Program-made: the position numbers and the translations under genes
Source of the DNA: Mobula birostris
Taxonomy: Eukaryota
DNA length: 64,000 nt
Direction of reading: 5' to 3'
Assembly: GCF_030028105.1 (NCBI RefSeq)
Contig: NC_092379.1
Span: forward strand, 21,739,309-21,803,308
Shown here: one piece after another, positions 1 through 12,680 of the stretch
How positions within the stretch are numbered: position 1 is the first letter of the stretch
Layout: every line of letters begins with the position of its first letter
The notes under the pieces: generated by a model
The model's input: only the letters and a program-made list of their open reading frames with translations
Told to the model about the DNA's origin: nothing
Database searches by the model: none

Positions 1-200
1 CCGTAATGCGGTCCCTTAGGAGCTGCATCTCGATGCACTTGGCGCAGATGTAGACGTCCGGGAGGCTTGTAGACTCCAGGGCCTCCCACATCCGACACCG
101 AGAACAGCAAACTGCCCTCACACTCATACTGCCCCTCTCCTCAAATAACAACAGAAAATGAATGCCAAACCTCCCTCGCCTCGCCTGTTTCCGCCTAAGT
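1..200 (-). mobile_element. CR1 LINE 5' end: 5'UTR and start of ORF1 (zinc-finger N-terminus), running off the window edge
   Basis: ATG at 127 on minus reads MSVRAVCCSRCRMWEALESTSLPDVYICAKCIEMQLLRDRIT (CxxC...CxxC), like the CR1 ORF1 start at 36373. Confidence 0.75.
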
Positions 201-204
201 ACTG

Positions 205-1626
205 GAGGTTTGGAGGATTATGAATGTTGTTTCCGTGTTCAAGAAATGGAGTAGAAATAATCCAGGAAATCATAGACCAGTGGGTCTTTCTACAGTGTTG
301 GGTAAGTTGTTGGAGAACATCCTGAGAGGCAGCATTTATGAGCATTTGGAGAGACATAATCTGATTAGGGATAGTCAGCATGGCTTGTCAAGCGGGTAGT
401 CGTGCCTTATGAGCCTGATTGTGTTCTTTGAGGATATAACAAAACACAGAGATGAAGGTAGAGCAGTGGATGTAGTTTTTATGGATTTCAGTAAGGCATT
501 TGATAAGTTTTCCCCATGCGAGCCTCCTTCAGAAAGTAGAGACATGGGATCCAAGGAGACCTTGCTTTGTGGATCCAGAATTGGCTTGCCCACAGAAGGG
601 TGGTTATCAATGGTTGATATTCTGCATGGAGGATGGTGACCAGTGGTGTTCTGCAGGGATCTGTTCTGGGAACCCTCCTCTTTGTGATTTTTATAAATGA
701 AGGGTAGGTTAGTAAGTTTGCTGATGACAAATGGTTGGAGGTGTTGTCGATCGTCTGGAGGGTTGTCAGAGGTTACAGCATGACAACAATAGGATGCAGA
801 TCTGGGCTGAGAAGTGATAGATGGAGTTCAACCCAGATCAGTGTAAAGTGGTTCACTTTGGTAGGTCAAATCTGAAGACAGAATATAGTATTAATGGTAA
901 GACTCTTGGCAGTGTGGAGGATCAGAGAGATCATTGGGTCCGTGTCCATAGGACACTCAACGATGCGGCTCAGGTTGACAGTTAAGAAGTCAAATGGTGT
1001 TTTGGCATTCATCAACTGTGGGATTGAGTTCAAGAGCCGTGAGGAAATGTCACAACTGTACAAGGCCTTGGTCAGACCCCACCTGGATTGCAGTGTTCAA
1101 TTCTGGTCACCTTACTATAGGAAGGATGTGGAAACTATAGAAAGAGTGCAGAGGAGATTTAAAAGGATTGCCTGGACTGGACAGCGTGCCTTATGAGAAT
1201 AGGTTGAGTGAACTTGGCCTTTTCTCCTTGGAGCAACGGAGGATGAGAGGTGACCTGATAGAGGTGTATAAGATGATGACAGGCATTACTTGTGTGGATT
1301 GCCAGAGGCTTTTTCCCAGTGCTGAAATGGCTAACATGAGGAGGCAGAGTTTTAAGGTGCTTGGAAGTAGGTACAGAGGGGATGTCAGAGGTAAGTTTTT
1401 CACACAGAGAGTGGTGAGTGCGCGGAATACACTGCCGGTGATGGTGGCTGAGGCAGATACAATAGGGTCTTTTCAGAGACTTTTCGATAGGTACATAGAG
1501 CTTAGAAAAATGGAGGGCTATGCGGTCAGGAAACTTTAGGCAGGTTCGAGAGTAGGTTAAATGGTCAACACAACATTGTGGGCTGAAGGGCCTGTAACGT
1601 GCTGTAGATTTCTATGTTCTCTGTTC
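205..1626 (+). mobile_element. CR1 LINE, 5'-truncated degenerate RT region plus 3'UTR
   Basis: DFSKAFDK, LVRPHLD.SVQFWSPYYRKD and KFFTQRVV motifs across frameshifts; ends in a TTCTATG-type tail. Confidence 0.92.
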
Positions 1627-1887
1627 AATGTATCTGCTGGTCACTGTTGAACTTGAAATATAGACAAGACAGTATGATATTCTGTGTGACAAGTTGAAAC
1701 ACCGACCTTAACTTGAAAGGACAGGAGAATTAAATAACAGATGATCTGTCCTCATTCTTGGAGATGGAACCCCATTCAGAGGTGTCTGTCAGTATTCTCC
1801 AAGGTCACCCCAAAACAAGAATCCGAATACCAGTTCAGACCTTTCAGGTGATCTATAGTTAGGTGAATGTTTTAGGTCCTGTGTAAG

Positions 1888-2302
1888 ACCATAAGTTAAG
1901 ATATAGGAACAGAAGCAGACTATTTGGCCCATCGAGTCTATTCCAGCATTTCATCATGGATGATCCATTTCCCCTGAGTCCCAATCACCTGCCTTCTCTC
2001 AGTATCCCATCATGCTCTGAGCCTTCTCCCAGTATCCCATCATGCTCTGAGCCTTCTCCCAGTATCCCATCATGCTCTGAGCCTTCTCCCAGTATCCCAT
2101 CATGCTCTGAGTAATTAAGAGTCTATGATTCTCTTCCTTAAATAAAGCCAATAACTTGGCTGCCACAGCTGTCTGTGGCAATGAATTCCGCAGATTCACC
2201 ACTCTCTGGTGAAAGAGATTCCTGCACCTATCTGTTCTAAATGGATGTTCCTCTATTCTGAGGCTGTGACCTCTGTTCTTAGGCTCCCCCACCATAAGAA
2301 AT
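1888..2302 (-). mobile_element. CR1 LINE 3' fragment
   Basis: Minus ORF 1999..2442 contains RGHSLRIE..PFRTD..RNLFHQRVVNLRNSLPQ (CR1 ORF2 C-terminus); taagaccataag-type tail near 1885-1900. Confidence 0.85.
1991..2110. repeat. Tandem repeat, 4 x 30 bp (gccttctcccagtatcccatcatgctctga)
   Basis: Four contiguous near-identical units; translates as repeated SMMGYWEKAQ on minus. Confidence 0.95.
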
Positions 2303-5300
2303 ATCGACTCCTGCGGGCGCCAGGTCATGGATGGAGACCGTGTCTTCCGGCCCATCAGATAGAACCACATAGACATACTGGGGGTTCGCATGAAGTAAGT
2401 GAGCCCTCTGAACGATCGGGGAGTATTTATTCCTCCTCGCATGTTTCCAGAGCAGCACTGGTCCCAGGGACGTCAGCCAAGTTGATATGGTGGTCCCAGT
2501 GGTCGACTTTCTGGGAAAAGAAAAGAGTCGCTCATGAGGGGTGGCATTGGTGGACGTGCATAACAGGGAGCGGATGGAGTGGAGTGCCTCCGGAAGGACC
2601 TCCTGCCAGCGGGAGACCGGCAGTCCCTTTGACCTGAGGGCTAAGAGTGTGGCCTTCCACACCGTGGCATTCTCCTTCTCCACCTGTCCATTCCTCCGGG
2701 GATTATAGCTCGTGGTCCAACTGGTTGCAATTCCCCTAGCCGGTAGATATTGGCACAGCTCGTCACTCATAAACGAGGACTCCCTGTCACTGTGGATATA
2801 GCATGGGTATCCGTACAGAGTGAAGAACTTGTGCAGGGCTTTTATGACTGACGTGGTTGTGGTGTTGGGGCAGGGGATGGTGAAGGGGAACCGCAAGTAC
2901 TCGTCGATTATGTTAAGAAAGTACACATTGCGGTCAGTGGAGGGAAGGGGGCCCTTAAAGTCAACACTTAGTCACTCAAAGGGCGGGTGACCTTGATGAG
3001 TGGTGCCTTTTCGGGTTGGTAGAAGTGTGCTTTGCACTCTGTGCAGACTTGGCAGTCCCCGGTCATCATCCTGATCTCCTCAAGGGAGTAAGGCAGGTTC
3101 CGGGCTTTCATGAAGTGGAAAAGCCGGGAGACCCCCGGGTGGCAAAGGTCTACATGTAGGGCGTATAGCCGGTCGATCTGCGCGCTGGTGGACGTTCCCC
3201 AGGATAGGGCATCGGAGGGCTCGTTGAGCTTCCCAGGCCTGTACATGATGTCATAGTTGAAGGTGGAGAGTTTGATTCTCCACCTCAGAATTTTATCATT
3301 TTTGATTTTGCCCCGCTGTTGGTTATTAATCATGAATCTGACTGAGTGCTGGTCAGTTAGCAGGGTGAACATTTTGCCGGCGAGATAGTGCCTCCAGTGC
3401 CTAATAGTTTCCACTATGGCCTGGGCCTCTTTCTCCACCGCGGAGTGCTGAATTTCATGGCCTTGAAGGGCACAGGCGAAGAATGCCACCAGTCTTCCCG
3501 CCTGGTTGAGGGTAGCAGCCAGTGCGAAGTCGGAGGCGTCACTATCGACTTGGAAGGGAATGGCCTCATCCACCGCATGCATTGCTTTGGCAATGTCCCC
3601 TTTTATGCGGCTGAAGGCCGCGGGGGCCTCAGCTGAGAGGAGGAATGTGGTGGACTTGACCAGGGGGCGGGCCTTGTCTGCGTCGTTAGAGACCCATTGG
3701 GCGTAATATGAAAAGAAGCCCAGGCACCTTTTGAGGGCTCTGAGGGTGTTGGGAAGGGGGAGTTCCAACAGGGGGCGCATACGGTCAGGGTCAGGGCCAA
3801 TGACTCCGTTCTCCACGACACACCCAAGGATAGCAAGTCGGGTGGTCCCAAACACACACTTGTCCTTGTTATAGGTGAGATTGAAAGCTTTGGCCGCTTG
3901 GAGAAATTTTCGGAGATTGTTGTCGTAATCCTGCTGGTCGTGACCGCAGATGGTGATGTTATCCAGATATGGGAACGTGGTCTTCAGTTGGCACTGGTCC
4001 ACCATTTGGTCCATTTCCCTCTGGAAGGCAGATACACCATTTGTGACACCGAAGGGGATGCGCAGGAAGTGATAAAGCCTGCCGTCCGCCTCGAAGGCGG
4101 TGTAGGGGTGTCCCCCGGTGGATGGGGAGCAGATAAGCGGATTTTAGGTCTATGGTTGAGTACACCTTGTACTGTGCTATCTGATTGACCATATCGGTGA
4201 TGCGGGGTAGAGGGTACGTATCAAGCTGCGTGAACCTATTGATGGTCTGGCTATAGTCCACGACCATCCTATTTTTCTCCCCGTTCTGAACAACGACCAC
4301 CTGCACCCTCCAAGGACTTGTGCTTGCATCAATGACCCCCTCCCTGAGCAGCCGCTGCACCTCCAAGTTAATGAAGGCTCTGTCCCCCGCGCTGTACCTC
4401 CTGCTTTTAGTTGCCACAGGTTTACAGTCAGGGGTCAGGTTGGCAAACAGCGGTGGGGGAGGGATCTTGAGGGTGGAGAGGCCGCAAGTGGTGTTGGTAG
4501 TGCGGCAGTTGGCATGGTGTTGGGTGGGATGTGCGGGTCAGTGTGTCGGGGTGGTCAGTAGCGGGGTATGTGACGTATCCCTACAAAATTGGGGATTTAC
4601 GACAGTGATTGGTGGGAGGGGCCCATCATACTCCATTGTCACGCTTTTCAGGTGGCTCTGGAAGTCGAGCCCCAATAGCACAGGGGCACACAGTTGAGGC
4701 ATGACCAGTAACGTAAAGTCTCCATTTTCTGTGCCCTGCACCACTAGCGTCGCTACACAACGCCCCCCAGATGTCTGTTATATGCGACCCGGAAGCCATG
4801 GCAATCCTCTGACTTACCGGCCATATAAAACTCTCCGTGCTGCCCATATCAAACAGGCAGCTTGTCCTACGCCCCTCCACCAGGATGTCCATCATTGACC
4901 TTGCGAGCTGGTGGGGAGCACTTTGATCAAGGGTCACGGAGGCCAGGGTTGAGTCGCTGTCTTGGTCCGGTGCGGTGGGGTGCCCCGTGAGCACCCGCTG
5001 GTCGTAGGTGGTTGGGGGGGTGGCGCTGACCAAGATGGCCGCCCCCATGTCTCACACGTGGTGGCGGCGTGCAGGGAAGATAGCGGCAGGCAAGATGGCG
5101 ACCCCCATGTCTCACATGTGGTGGCGGCGTGCAGGTAAGATGGCAACCCCCATGTCTCGCACGCGGCGCTGCTCGATCCCGCTCGTAGTTTGGACTTACA
5201 GACCTTGGCGAAGTGGCCCTTCTTTCCGCAGCTGGAGCTTCTCGGGCCGGGCAGCGTTTCCGGGGGTGCTTCTCGAGTTTGCAGAAGTAGCACTTCACGG

Positions 5301-6160
5301 ACTCGCGACTGACAGCAGCCGAGGTCGATTCGCTGGTGGGTTGTGGGGTCTGCGGCGCCCACGAGGCCATCAGGGGATCGCGTGCCTGGAGAGTCTCAGA
5401 GTTGTGCAGAGTGGCCTCCAGCGTATCAGCCAACTTGATCGCCGAACATAAGGTAAGATCAGCTTTTTCCAATGGCCACTGGTGCACATACGCTGACCTG
5501 GTCCCCATGACGAAGGCATCTCTCACTAGGAGCTCTGCATGCTGCTGTCCTTCCGTCAGTCTCTGGCAATCACTGGCCTGCACGGGCGTCTGTAGAGCCC
5601 GGACAAACTCAGCACTTGATTCCCCGGGCCGCTGGTGGCTAGTCGCTAAGCGATGCCACGCGTAGACGTTGTTTGCCTGCTGCAGGTTTTGTCGAGCCGT
5701 CGTAGCTCGGCTGGTCTCTCATCATCGAGTCGACCTGTGGACTGACCCTGGAGAGTGGAAGTCTGTGATTCGCTGTGGAATCGGTTGCTTTAATCGCCTC
5801 TAGGTGTGATTCGAAGCAAGCCAGACAGAGTTCGAAAGCATTTCCAGCTTCAGGTGTTTGGGGGTCGAGATCTAATTTGTCGGGTCTCAGAGGATGTTCC
5901 ATGCTTTGAAATTACTGCGAGTAAAATTGATGCACCTTTAATTACTCCAAAAGACTGGAAGTAGTGTAAATACTGAAAGGCTTTTATTCATGGTAAAGTG
6001 TGACCTCCATGCTGAGTGTCTGCCCCTGGACTGAAGAGGAGGAGCAATGGCGAAATCGCCTTTATTCAGGGTCTGTGGGAGGAGCCACATGGACAGTCAG
6101 CAGAGGGGTGTTTGCAGACAGGTAACCCTGTTACAACATATATGTATATGGTTTACTACA
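2303..6160 (-). mobile_element. Ty3/Gypsy LTR retrotransposon: 5' LTR, gag, protease, RT, RNase H, integrase; frameshifted, 3'-truncated, no 3' LTR
   Basis: Gag ATG at 5902 (MEHPLRPDKLDLDP); CCHC knuckles CYFCKLEKHPRKRC and CGKKGHFAKVC; protease CLFDMGS; RT YPLPRI/IDLKSAY/YLDNI; RNase H DSDASD; integrase H..CHPG..CQVC and IHSDRESSF. RT-RH-IN order is Gypsy. Confidence 0.95.
5928..6160 (-). repeat. 5' LTR (233 bp) of the Gypsy element
   Basis: Minus strand begins TGTAGTAAACC and ends GGTGCATCA (TG...CA); contains AATAAA; CR1 sequence resumes at 6161. Confidence 0.8.
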
Positions 6161-6560
6161 AGAATGCCTTGGGACTCACCTTAATCCTACTTGACAAGGA
6201 CATTTTGTGGCCTCTCCTGGCTTTCTTCATTGTCTTTAATTCCTTTCTGGCTTCTTTATACACCTGATGTGCTGATTTCTGAAGCTCTACATACATTTTC
6301 TGTTTCTTCTTGACTAAATTCATCACTTCCCGAGACATCCAATGTTCTCTTGTATTTCCATCCTCATCCTTCCTTCTGACAGGAACGTACCTTTCCTGCA
6401 CTCTGTGCAATTGCTCTTTAAACACCCTCCACATGTCTGATGTGGTCAGCCAGAGAAAAGATGTTCCCAATTAACACTTATTAGTTCCTGCCAAATGCCC
6501 TTGTAAATAGCTTGACCTCAATTTAAAACTCTTCCACAAGGACCATACCTATCCTTGTCT
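6161..6560 (-). mobile_element. CR1 LINE internal fragment (endonuclease-RT linker)
   Basis: Minus ORF 6156..6470: KEARKELK..KKARRGHKMSLSSRIKVSPKAF. Confidence 0.85.
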
Positions 6561-6566
6561 GCAAAT

Positions 6567-7567
6567 AGAATCAGAATCAGAATCAGAATCCGGTTTATTA
6601 TCACCAGCATGTGTCGTGAAATTTGTTAACTTAGCAGCAGCAGTTCAATGCAATACATAATATAAAAGAAGATGAAAAAAAATCAATCAATTACAGTATA
6701 TGTGTGTTGAAGAGATTAAAAATCGTGCAAAAACAGAAATAATATATATTAAAAGAGTGATGTAGTGTTCAAGGGTTCAATGTCCATTTAGGAATCGGAT
6801 GGCAGAGGGGAAGAAGCTGTTCCTGAATCGCTGAGTGTGTACCTTCAGGCTTCTGATGGTAACAGTGAGAAAAGGGCTTGCCCTGGGTGCTGGGGGTCCT
6901 TAGTAATGGACACTGTCTTTCTGAGACACCGCTGCTTGAAGAAGTCCTGGGTACTTTGTAGGCTAGTATGCAAGCTGGAGTTCACTAGATTAACGACCCA
7001 TTGCAGCTTCTTTCAGTCCAGTGCAGTAGCTCCCCATACCAGACAGTGATGTAGCCTGTCAGAATGCTCTCCACCGTACATCTGTCGAGGTTTTTGAATG
7101 TTTTTGTTGACAAACCAAATCACTTCAAACTGCTAATGAAGTACAGTCACTGTCTTGCCTTCTGTATAACTGCATCGATATGTTGGGACCAGCTTAGGTT
7201 CTCAGAGATCTTGACAGCCAGGGACTTGAAACCACTCACTCTCCCACTTCTGATCCCTCTGTGAGGATTGGGATGTGTTGCTTCGTCTTACCCTTCCTGA
7301 AGTCCACAATCAGCTCTTTCGTCGTACTGATGTTGAGTGCAAGGTTGTTACTGCAACAGCACTCCAGTAGTTGGCATATCTCACTCCAGTCCACTCTCTT
7401 GTCTCCACCTGATATTCCACCAACAAAGGTCGTGTCACTGGCAAATTTATAGATGCTGTTTTAGCTATGCCCAGCCACACAGTCATGGGTATCGAGAAGG
7501 TAGAGCAGTGGGCAAAGCACACACCCCTGAACTGCACCAGTGCTGATCGTCAGCGAAGGTGAAATAT
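6567..7567 (-). mobile_element. Rex1/Babar-type LINE, 3' segment with (ATTCTG)n tail
   Basis: (AGAATC)4 at 6567-6590 on plus; STGAVQGCVLCPLLY near 7500-7550; HPG..LFSLLPSG-type C-terminus near 6820-6900. Confidence 0.85.
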
Positions 7568-7634
7568 TCTTTCATTATTTATTAATCTTTTTATTGATTT
7601 AAGAAGAGGCTATATACAAACAAGAGGAGATTTA

Positions 7635-7686
<52 letters not shown>

Positions 7687-8348
7687 ATAACAATACAAAC
7701 AGAAAATGAAATAGACATTATCAAAATCATACATAGTAATAAGCAAAAATGTAATATATATAATTAAAAAAAGACAACTAATTCTCCTCTTATCAATTCA
7801 TAGAGAGGAAAAAAAACTTTAAATTTTCAAAATGAAGAAAAAAACCCACTAAACTATAAGAAAAAAAGGGGGGAAAAGGGACTGGGCAGCCCATTCTGAG
7901 AATATGACTAAAAAAAAGGAAAGACTTTCTGATCAAATATAAAACTTCAAAAAAAAAATTGGGCGAGTAAGAAATCGAATCAAATGAAAATATTGAATAA
8001 AAGGTCGCCAGATATGCTCAAATTTAAAGGATGTATCAAATGTCTGACTACTTATTTTCTCTAAACTAAAACAGGACATAATGGAAGAAGGCCAAAAAAA
8101 GACAGTAGGTGGATTAGAATCCCTCCACTTCAATAAAATGGCTCTGTGGCCAATAAAGTTGAAAAGGCTATCGTACGTTGAGAGGAAACATGAATAGTTC
8201 CTGCTTCCAGTGGGATAATCCCAAAAATTGCCGTAAGTAAATTAGGTTGTAGGTCCAGATCCAAGACTTTTGGTAGCGTTTTAAAAACATCTCTCCAAAA
8301 CTTATCTAGCTTTATACAAGACCAAAACATCTGACTTAGAGGGGCCAC
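7568..8348 (-). mobile_element. L1/Tx1-type LINE 3' fragment inserted in the Rex element
   Basis: HMFWSCIKLDKFW..VF..L (L1 C-terminal Cys-rich domain), A-rich tail at ~7568-7600; 11 bp TSD aggtga(a/g)atat at 7557-7567 and 8349-8359. Confidence 0.88.
7639..7684. repeat. (AT)23 microsatellite
   Basis: Uninterrupted AT run inside the L1 3'UTR. Confidence 0.95.
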
Positions 8349-9245
8349 AGGTGAGATATCATCACCAATTGTGGTCTTCTGGTTAGGAAGTCAAGGATCT
8401 AATTGCAGAGGGAGGTACAGAGGGCCAGGTGCTGTAACTTATCAGTCAGGATTGTGGGAATGATGGTGTTAAATGCTGAGCTACAGTCGATGAACAGCAT
8501 CCTGAAATAGGTGTTTGTATTGTCCAGGTGGTCCAAGACCGTGTGAAGAGCCATTGAGATTGCGTCTGCCGTTGATCTCTTGTGGCAATAGGCAAACTGT
8601 GGAGGATCCAGGTCCTTGCTGAGGCAGGAGTTCGATCTCGTCATGACTGACCTCTTAAAGCATTTCATCACTGCAGATATGAGTGTAACTGGGCGATAGT
8701 CATAACAGCAGCTCACATTATTCTTCTTAGGCACTGGTATAATTGTTGCCTTTTTGAAGCAAGTGGGAACTTCTGCCCATAGCAGTGAGAGGTTGAAAAT
8801 GTCCTTGAATATTCTCACCAGTTGGATGGCACAAGTTTTCAGAGCCTTACCTGGTACATCATCAGGGCCTTTCGCCTTGAGAGGGTTCACTCTCTTTAAA
8901 AACAGTTTAACATCGGCCTCTGAGACAGAGATCTCGGGGATCTTTGCAGCTGTAGTTATATTCTCCCTTTCAAAGTGGGCATAGAAGACGTTAAGTTCAT
9001 CTGGTAGTGAAGCATCGCTGCCATTCATGCTTTTGGGTTTTGCTTTGTGGAAAGTAATGTCTTGCAAACCCTGCCAGCGTTGTTGTACATCCGAAGTTGC
9101 CACCAACCTCGCTCAAAATTGTCTCTTTGCCCTTAAAATAGCCTCCATAAGTCATAACGGGTTTTCTGCTACAGATCCGGGTCGCCAGCCTTGAATTCCA
9201 CAGATCCAGCCTTCAGCAGACAACGTACCTCCTGGTTCAACCATG
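8349..9245 (-). mobile_element. Rex1/Babar-type LINE, RT segment
   Basis: ORF 8399..9106: KAKGPDDVPG, FKKATIIPVPKK, DYRPVTL, MLFIDCSSAFNTIIP. Confidence 0.9.
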
Positions 9246-12129
9246 GCTTTATGTTTGGCAATAAACAGCAATTCTTTCTTTTCAAATCTTATTATTATCC
9301 AGAATTAACAAGAGTACATCGAAGTAGTCAACACCTCCAATGTCTTACAAAAAAAATTGTCTTAAAGATTGAAAAAATTTTAGTGATGAGAAAAGGGAAT
9401 AAAACCCCTAAGCAAGGAAAAGTGAGGGAAAAACCATTAGGTGTTCAACCCTGGAGCCATGTGTCATACAGAAAGCTTCTAAAGATAAACATCAAACTGC
9501 CAGCAAGAAAAAAAATGTACCAAAAATTTACAATTAGATCGTGGAGAAAATCTATCAATTAACTCAAATGATAACAGTGTGCAAATGAACCCCATCTTTT
9601 CTGAAAATCAAACATTGGTTCAAAGGTTCGACTTCTAATTTTCTCCAAACTAAGACATAGCATCACTTGAGAGAACCATTGTGACAAAATGGGAGCCAAT
9701 GTATCCTTCCACTTCGACATAATGGCCCTCCTAGCTATTAATGTAACAACTGCAGTACCATGTTGGTCAGACAAAAAGATACCGTGGATATTTTGAGGGA
9801 TTATTCCAAAAAGCACAGTTAATTTGTTAGGCTGTAAATTAATTTTAAGTGCTTTAGAAATTGTAGAAAAAAACTTCCAGAACTATTCCAGTATAGAACA
9901 GGAACAAAACATGTGTGTCAGTGTAGCTGTCTCAGTTTTACATCTATCGCAATAAGTATCAACATTAGGAAACTCTTTAGACAATCTCTCCTACGTCAAA
10001 TAGTAACGATGTACAATTTTAAATTGAATCAGTGAATGACTAGCACAGGTCAAAGAAGAGTTAACCAATTTCAGAATCCGCGTCCAATCCTCCGTCATAG
10101 GAGTCAAATTAAGTTCCTTTTCCCAATCTTGTTTAATCTTAAATAAAGAATGCTTATCCCATTGTAATAATAAATTATAAATTCTTCCAATGGAACCCTT
10201 CATCAAAGGGTTCATACTCGTAATAGTATCCAACAGGTCGGCATCCAATATGTAAGGAAAATTACTTAAATATTTTTGTAAGAAATGTCTAACTTGAAGG
10301 TATTGTAAAAAGTGTGAGTATGAAAGAGAATATTTATCAATTAATTGTTCAAAAGACAACAGTCTCTCTTCTTTAAATAAATCCAAAAAACAATTAATAC
10401 CTTTATTTATTCAAAGTAAAAAAATTGGATCACTCAAAGAAAGCTTAAAAAATTAATTTCGATAAATTAAACTACAATGTTTAAATTTTTTAAGATTTAA
10501 AAAATTGCAGAACTGGAGCCAAGTTTGTAAGGAATGCTTAATCACAGGGTATAAGTCTAAATTAGCAACTTTAGCTAATTGTATAGGTAAAGCAGCTCCC
10601 AACCATGAGGTTAAATAAAACTGTTTCACAGCTTTCAATTTACAAGTCTACCCAAATTGCCCGATTGTTCTTATCAACCCAGTGTAACCAAAAGGACATA
10701 TATCGCACATTAACAGCCCAGTAATACATTCTTAAATTAGGCAAAGCGAGACCTCCATCCTTTTTCAACATTAGTAAGTGACATTTACTAATTCTTGGTC
10801 TTTTATTATTCCAAATAAAAGATAAAATAATAAAATCAATCTAATCTAAAAACTTTTTAGTCAGAAAAACAGCGATATTCCAAAATAAATATAAAATTTT
10901 TGGTGAAATTATCATTTTGACTATATGGATGCGACCAACAAGTGAAAAGGTAAGTGGATTCCATCTACTAAATAAATACTTCATAGAATCCACCAAGGGA
11001 ACAAAATTAGCTTTATAATGATCCTTATATTTTTTAATGATTATAACACCTAAATATCTAAAGGAATCCGTGACTGTGAAAGGAGTATTATCATATATAG
11101 AAACAGTTTCATTTAAAGAATACAGTTCACTTTTACTAAAATTTATCTTATATCCTGAAAAATCTCCAAATTTGTTAAATAATTTTAGCAAGGCAGGAAT
11201 AGAATCCTTGGGATTAGATATATAAACCAGTAAATCGTCAGCGTAACGGGAAATCTTATGAATGGTCTCATTCACAAAAATCCCAAAAATATCTTTAGCT
11301 TTACGAAGAGCAATAGCAAGGGGTTCTAGTATTAAATTAAATAAGAAAGGACTTAATAGACAACCTTGTCTTGTCCCCCGTGAAAGCTGAAAAAAGGGGA
11401 TCTACAGTTATTAGTAATAACAGTAGCAATAGTTTTATATATCATTCTAATCCAATAATTAAAATTAATACCAAAGCCAAATTTCTCTAAAACTTTAAAT
11501 AAATATGTCTATTCGACTCGATCGAACGCTCTTTCAGCATCCAAAGAGACGACGCATTGTGGAGTTTTAAAAGAGGACAAATATATAATGTTCAATAATC
11601 TCCAAACATTTGAAAAAGAATAACGACCCTTTATAAAGCCTGTTTGATCTTTAAAAATAATTTTACATAAAATATTCTCCAACCGATTGGCCATTATCTT
11701 TGACAGAATCTTAGCATTGGCATTCAATAATTAAATAGGTCAACATGAGGCACAATCAGTAGGATCTTTTCCCCTTTTAATAATTAAAGAAATAGAAGCC
11801 TCATAAAGTGTAAAGGGTAAATCACCTTTCACAAATGAATCCTTAAATAATTCCAACATATACGGAGAATGCAATTTTCCAAATTTTTTATAAAATTCTA
11901 CAGGATAGCCATCATGTCCAGGGGCCTTACCAGACTGCATTGAGAAAATAGCTTTACAAATTTTGGCTTCAGTAATTTGGACATCAAGAGTTTTTTGATC
12001 CTGAACAGAAATTTTAGGACAAGCAATCTTTCGTAAGAAAGCATTCACTTTAGAAGAATCTACTGGACATAGAGATCTATAAAGTTCAGTATAAAAATCT
12101 TGAAAAATTCCCACAGGTTTGAATGAGGT
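9246..12129 (-). mobile_element. L1/Tx1-type LINE ORF2 (RT to 3' end), degenerate, 5'-truncated
   Basis: MQSGKAPGHDGYPVEFYK, DQTGFIKGR, SLDAERAFDRVE, ISRYADDLLVY, HSLIQFKIVHRYYLT in ORFs 9559-12147. Confidence 0.92.
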
Positions 12130-12330
12130 CCGTAACAACTGAAGCATACTAGTCCAGATTCAAATATGATTCAAAGCAGTCCCGTAAGCACTCCTGTACT
12201 TCCCTGGTCCATACCTTCTTGGTCCTCACTACTGGTGCTGCGGTCTTCAGTCTCTGTCTATATTCAGGGAGTAGAAGTACAACCAGATGATCTGACTTCC
12301 CAAAGTGAGGGCATGGAATAGCACAGTAGT
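12130..12330 (-). mobile_element. Rex1/Babar-type LINE, end of endonuclease domain
   Basis: Minus translation PHFGKSDHLVVLLLPEYRQRLKTAAPVVRTKKVWTREVQECLRDCFES (SDH catalytic motif). Confidence 0.8.
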
Positions 12331-12334
12331 CTGA

Positions 12335-12680
12335 AACTTCCTGAAAGATTAGGAGTTGTGGTCACTCTTCATCCACTGAAAGATCAGTTCCCTGGTCAGG
12401 CTCATTACCCAACACCAGGTACAGTATGGCCCCTACTTTCATTGGACCATGCACATATTGATTTGAGAAACCTTCCTGGATGCACCGAATAAATTCAGCC
12501 CCATCTGAAACCCTTACACTAAGAAGGTTCCAGTTTATATGCGGAAATGTTAAAATGCCCATGACAACAACCCTATTATTTTTGCAAATTTCCTTAATCA
12601 GATTACATACCTGTTCCTCAATGTCCTGGGGGCTATTAGGGGGTCTGTCGTACATAACACATAGGAGCAGGAGTAGGCCA
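12335..12680 (-). mobile_element. CR1 LINE endonuclease fragment
   Basis: RPPNS, NRVVVMG..FPHINW, GAILYLVLGNEP in ORF 12362..12901. Confidence 0.85.

Noticed and set aside
1991-2110. 30 bp repeats as a CRISPR array
   Set aside because: No spacers, no cas genes, and eukaryotic LINE context.
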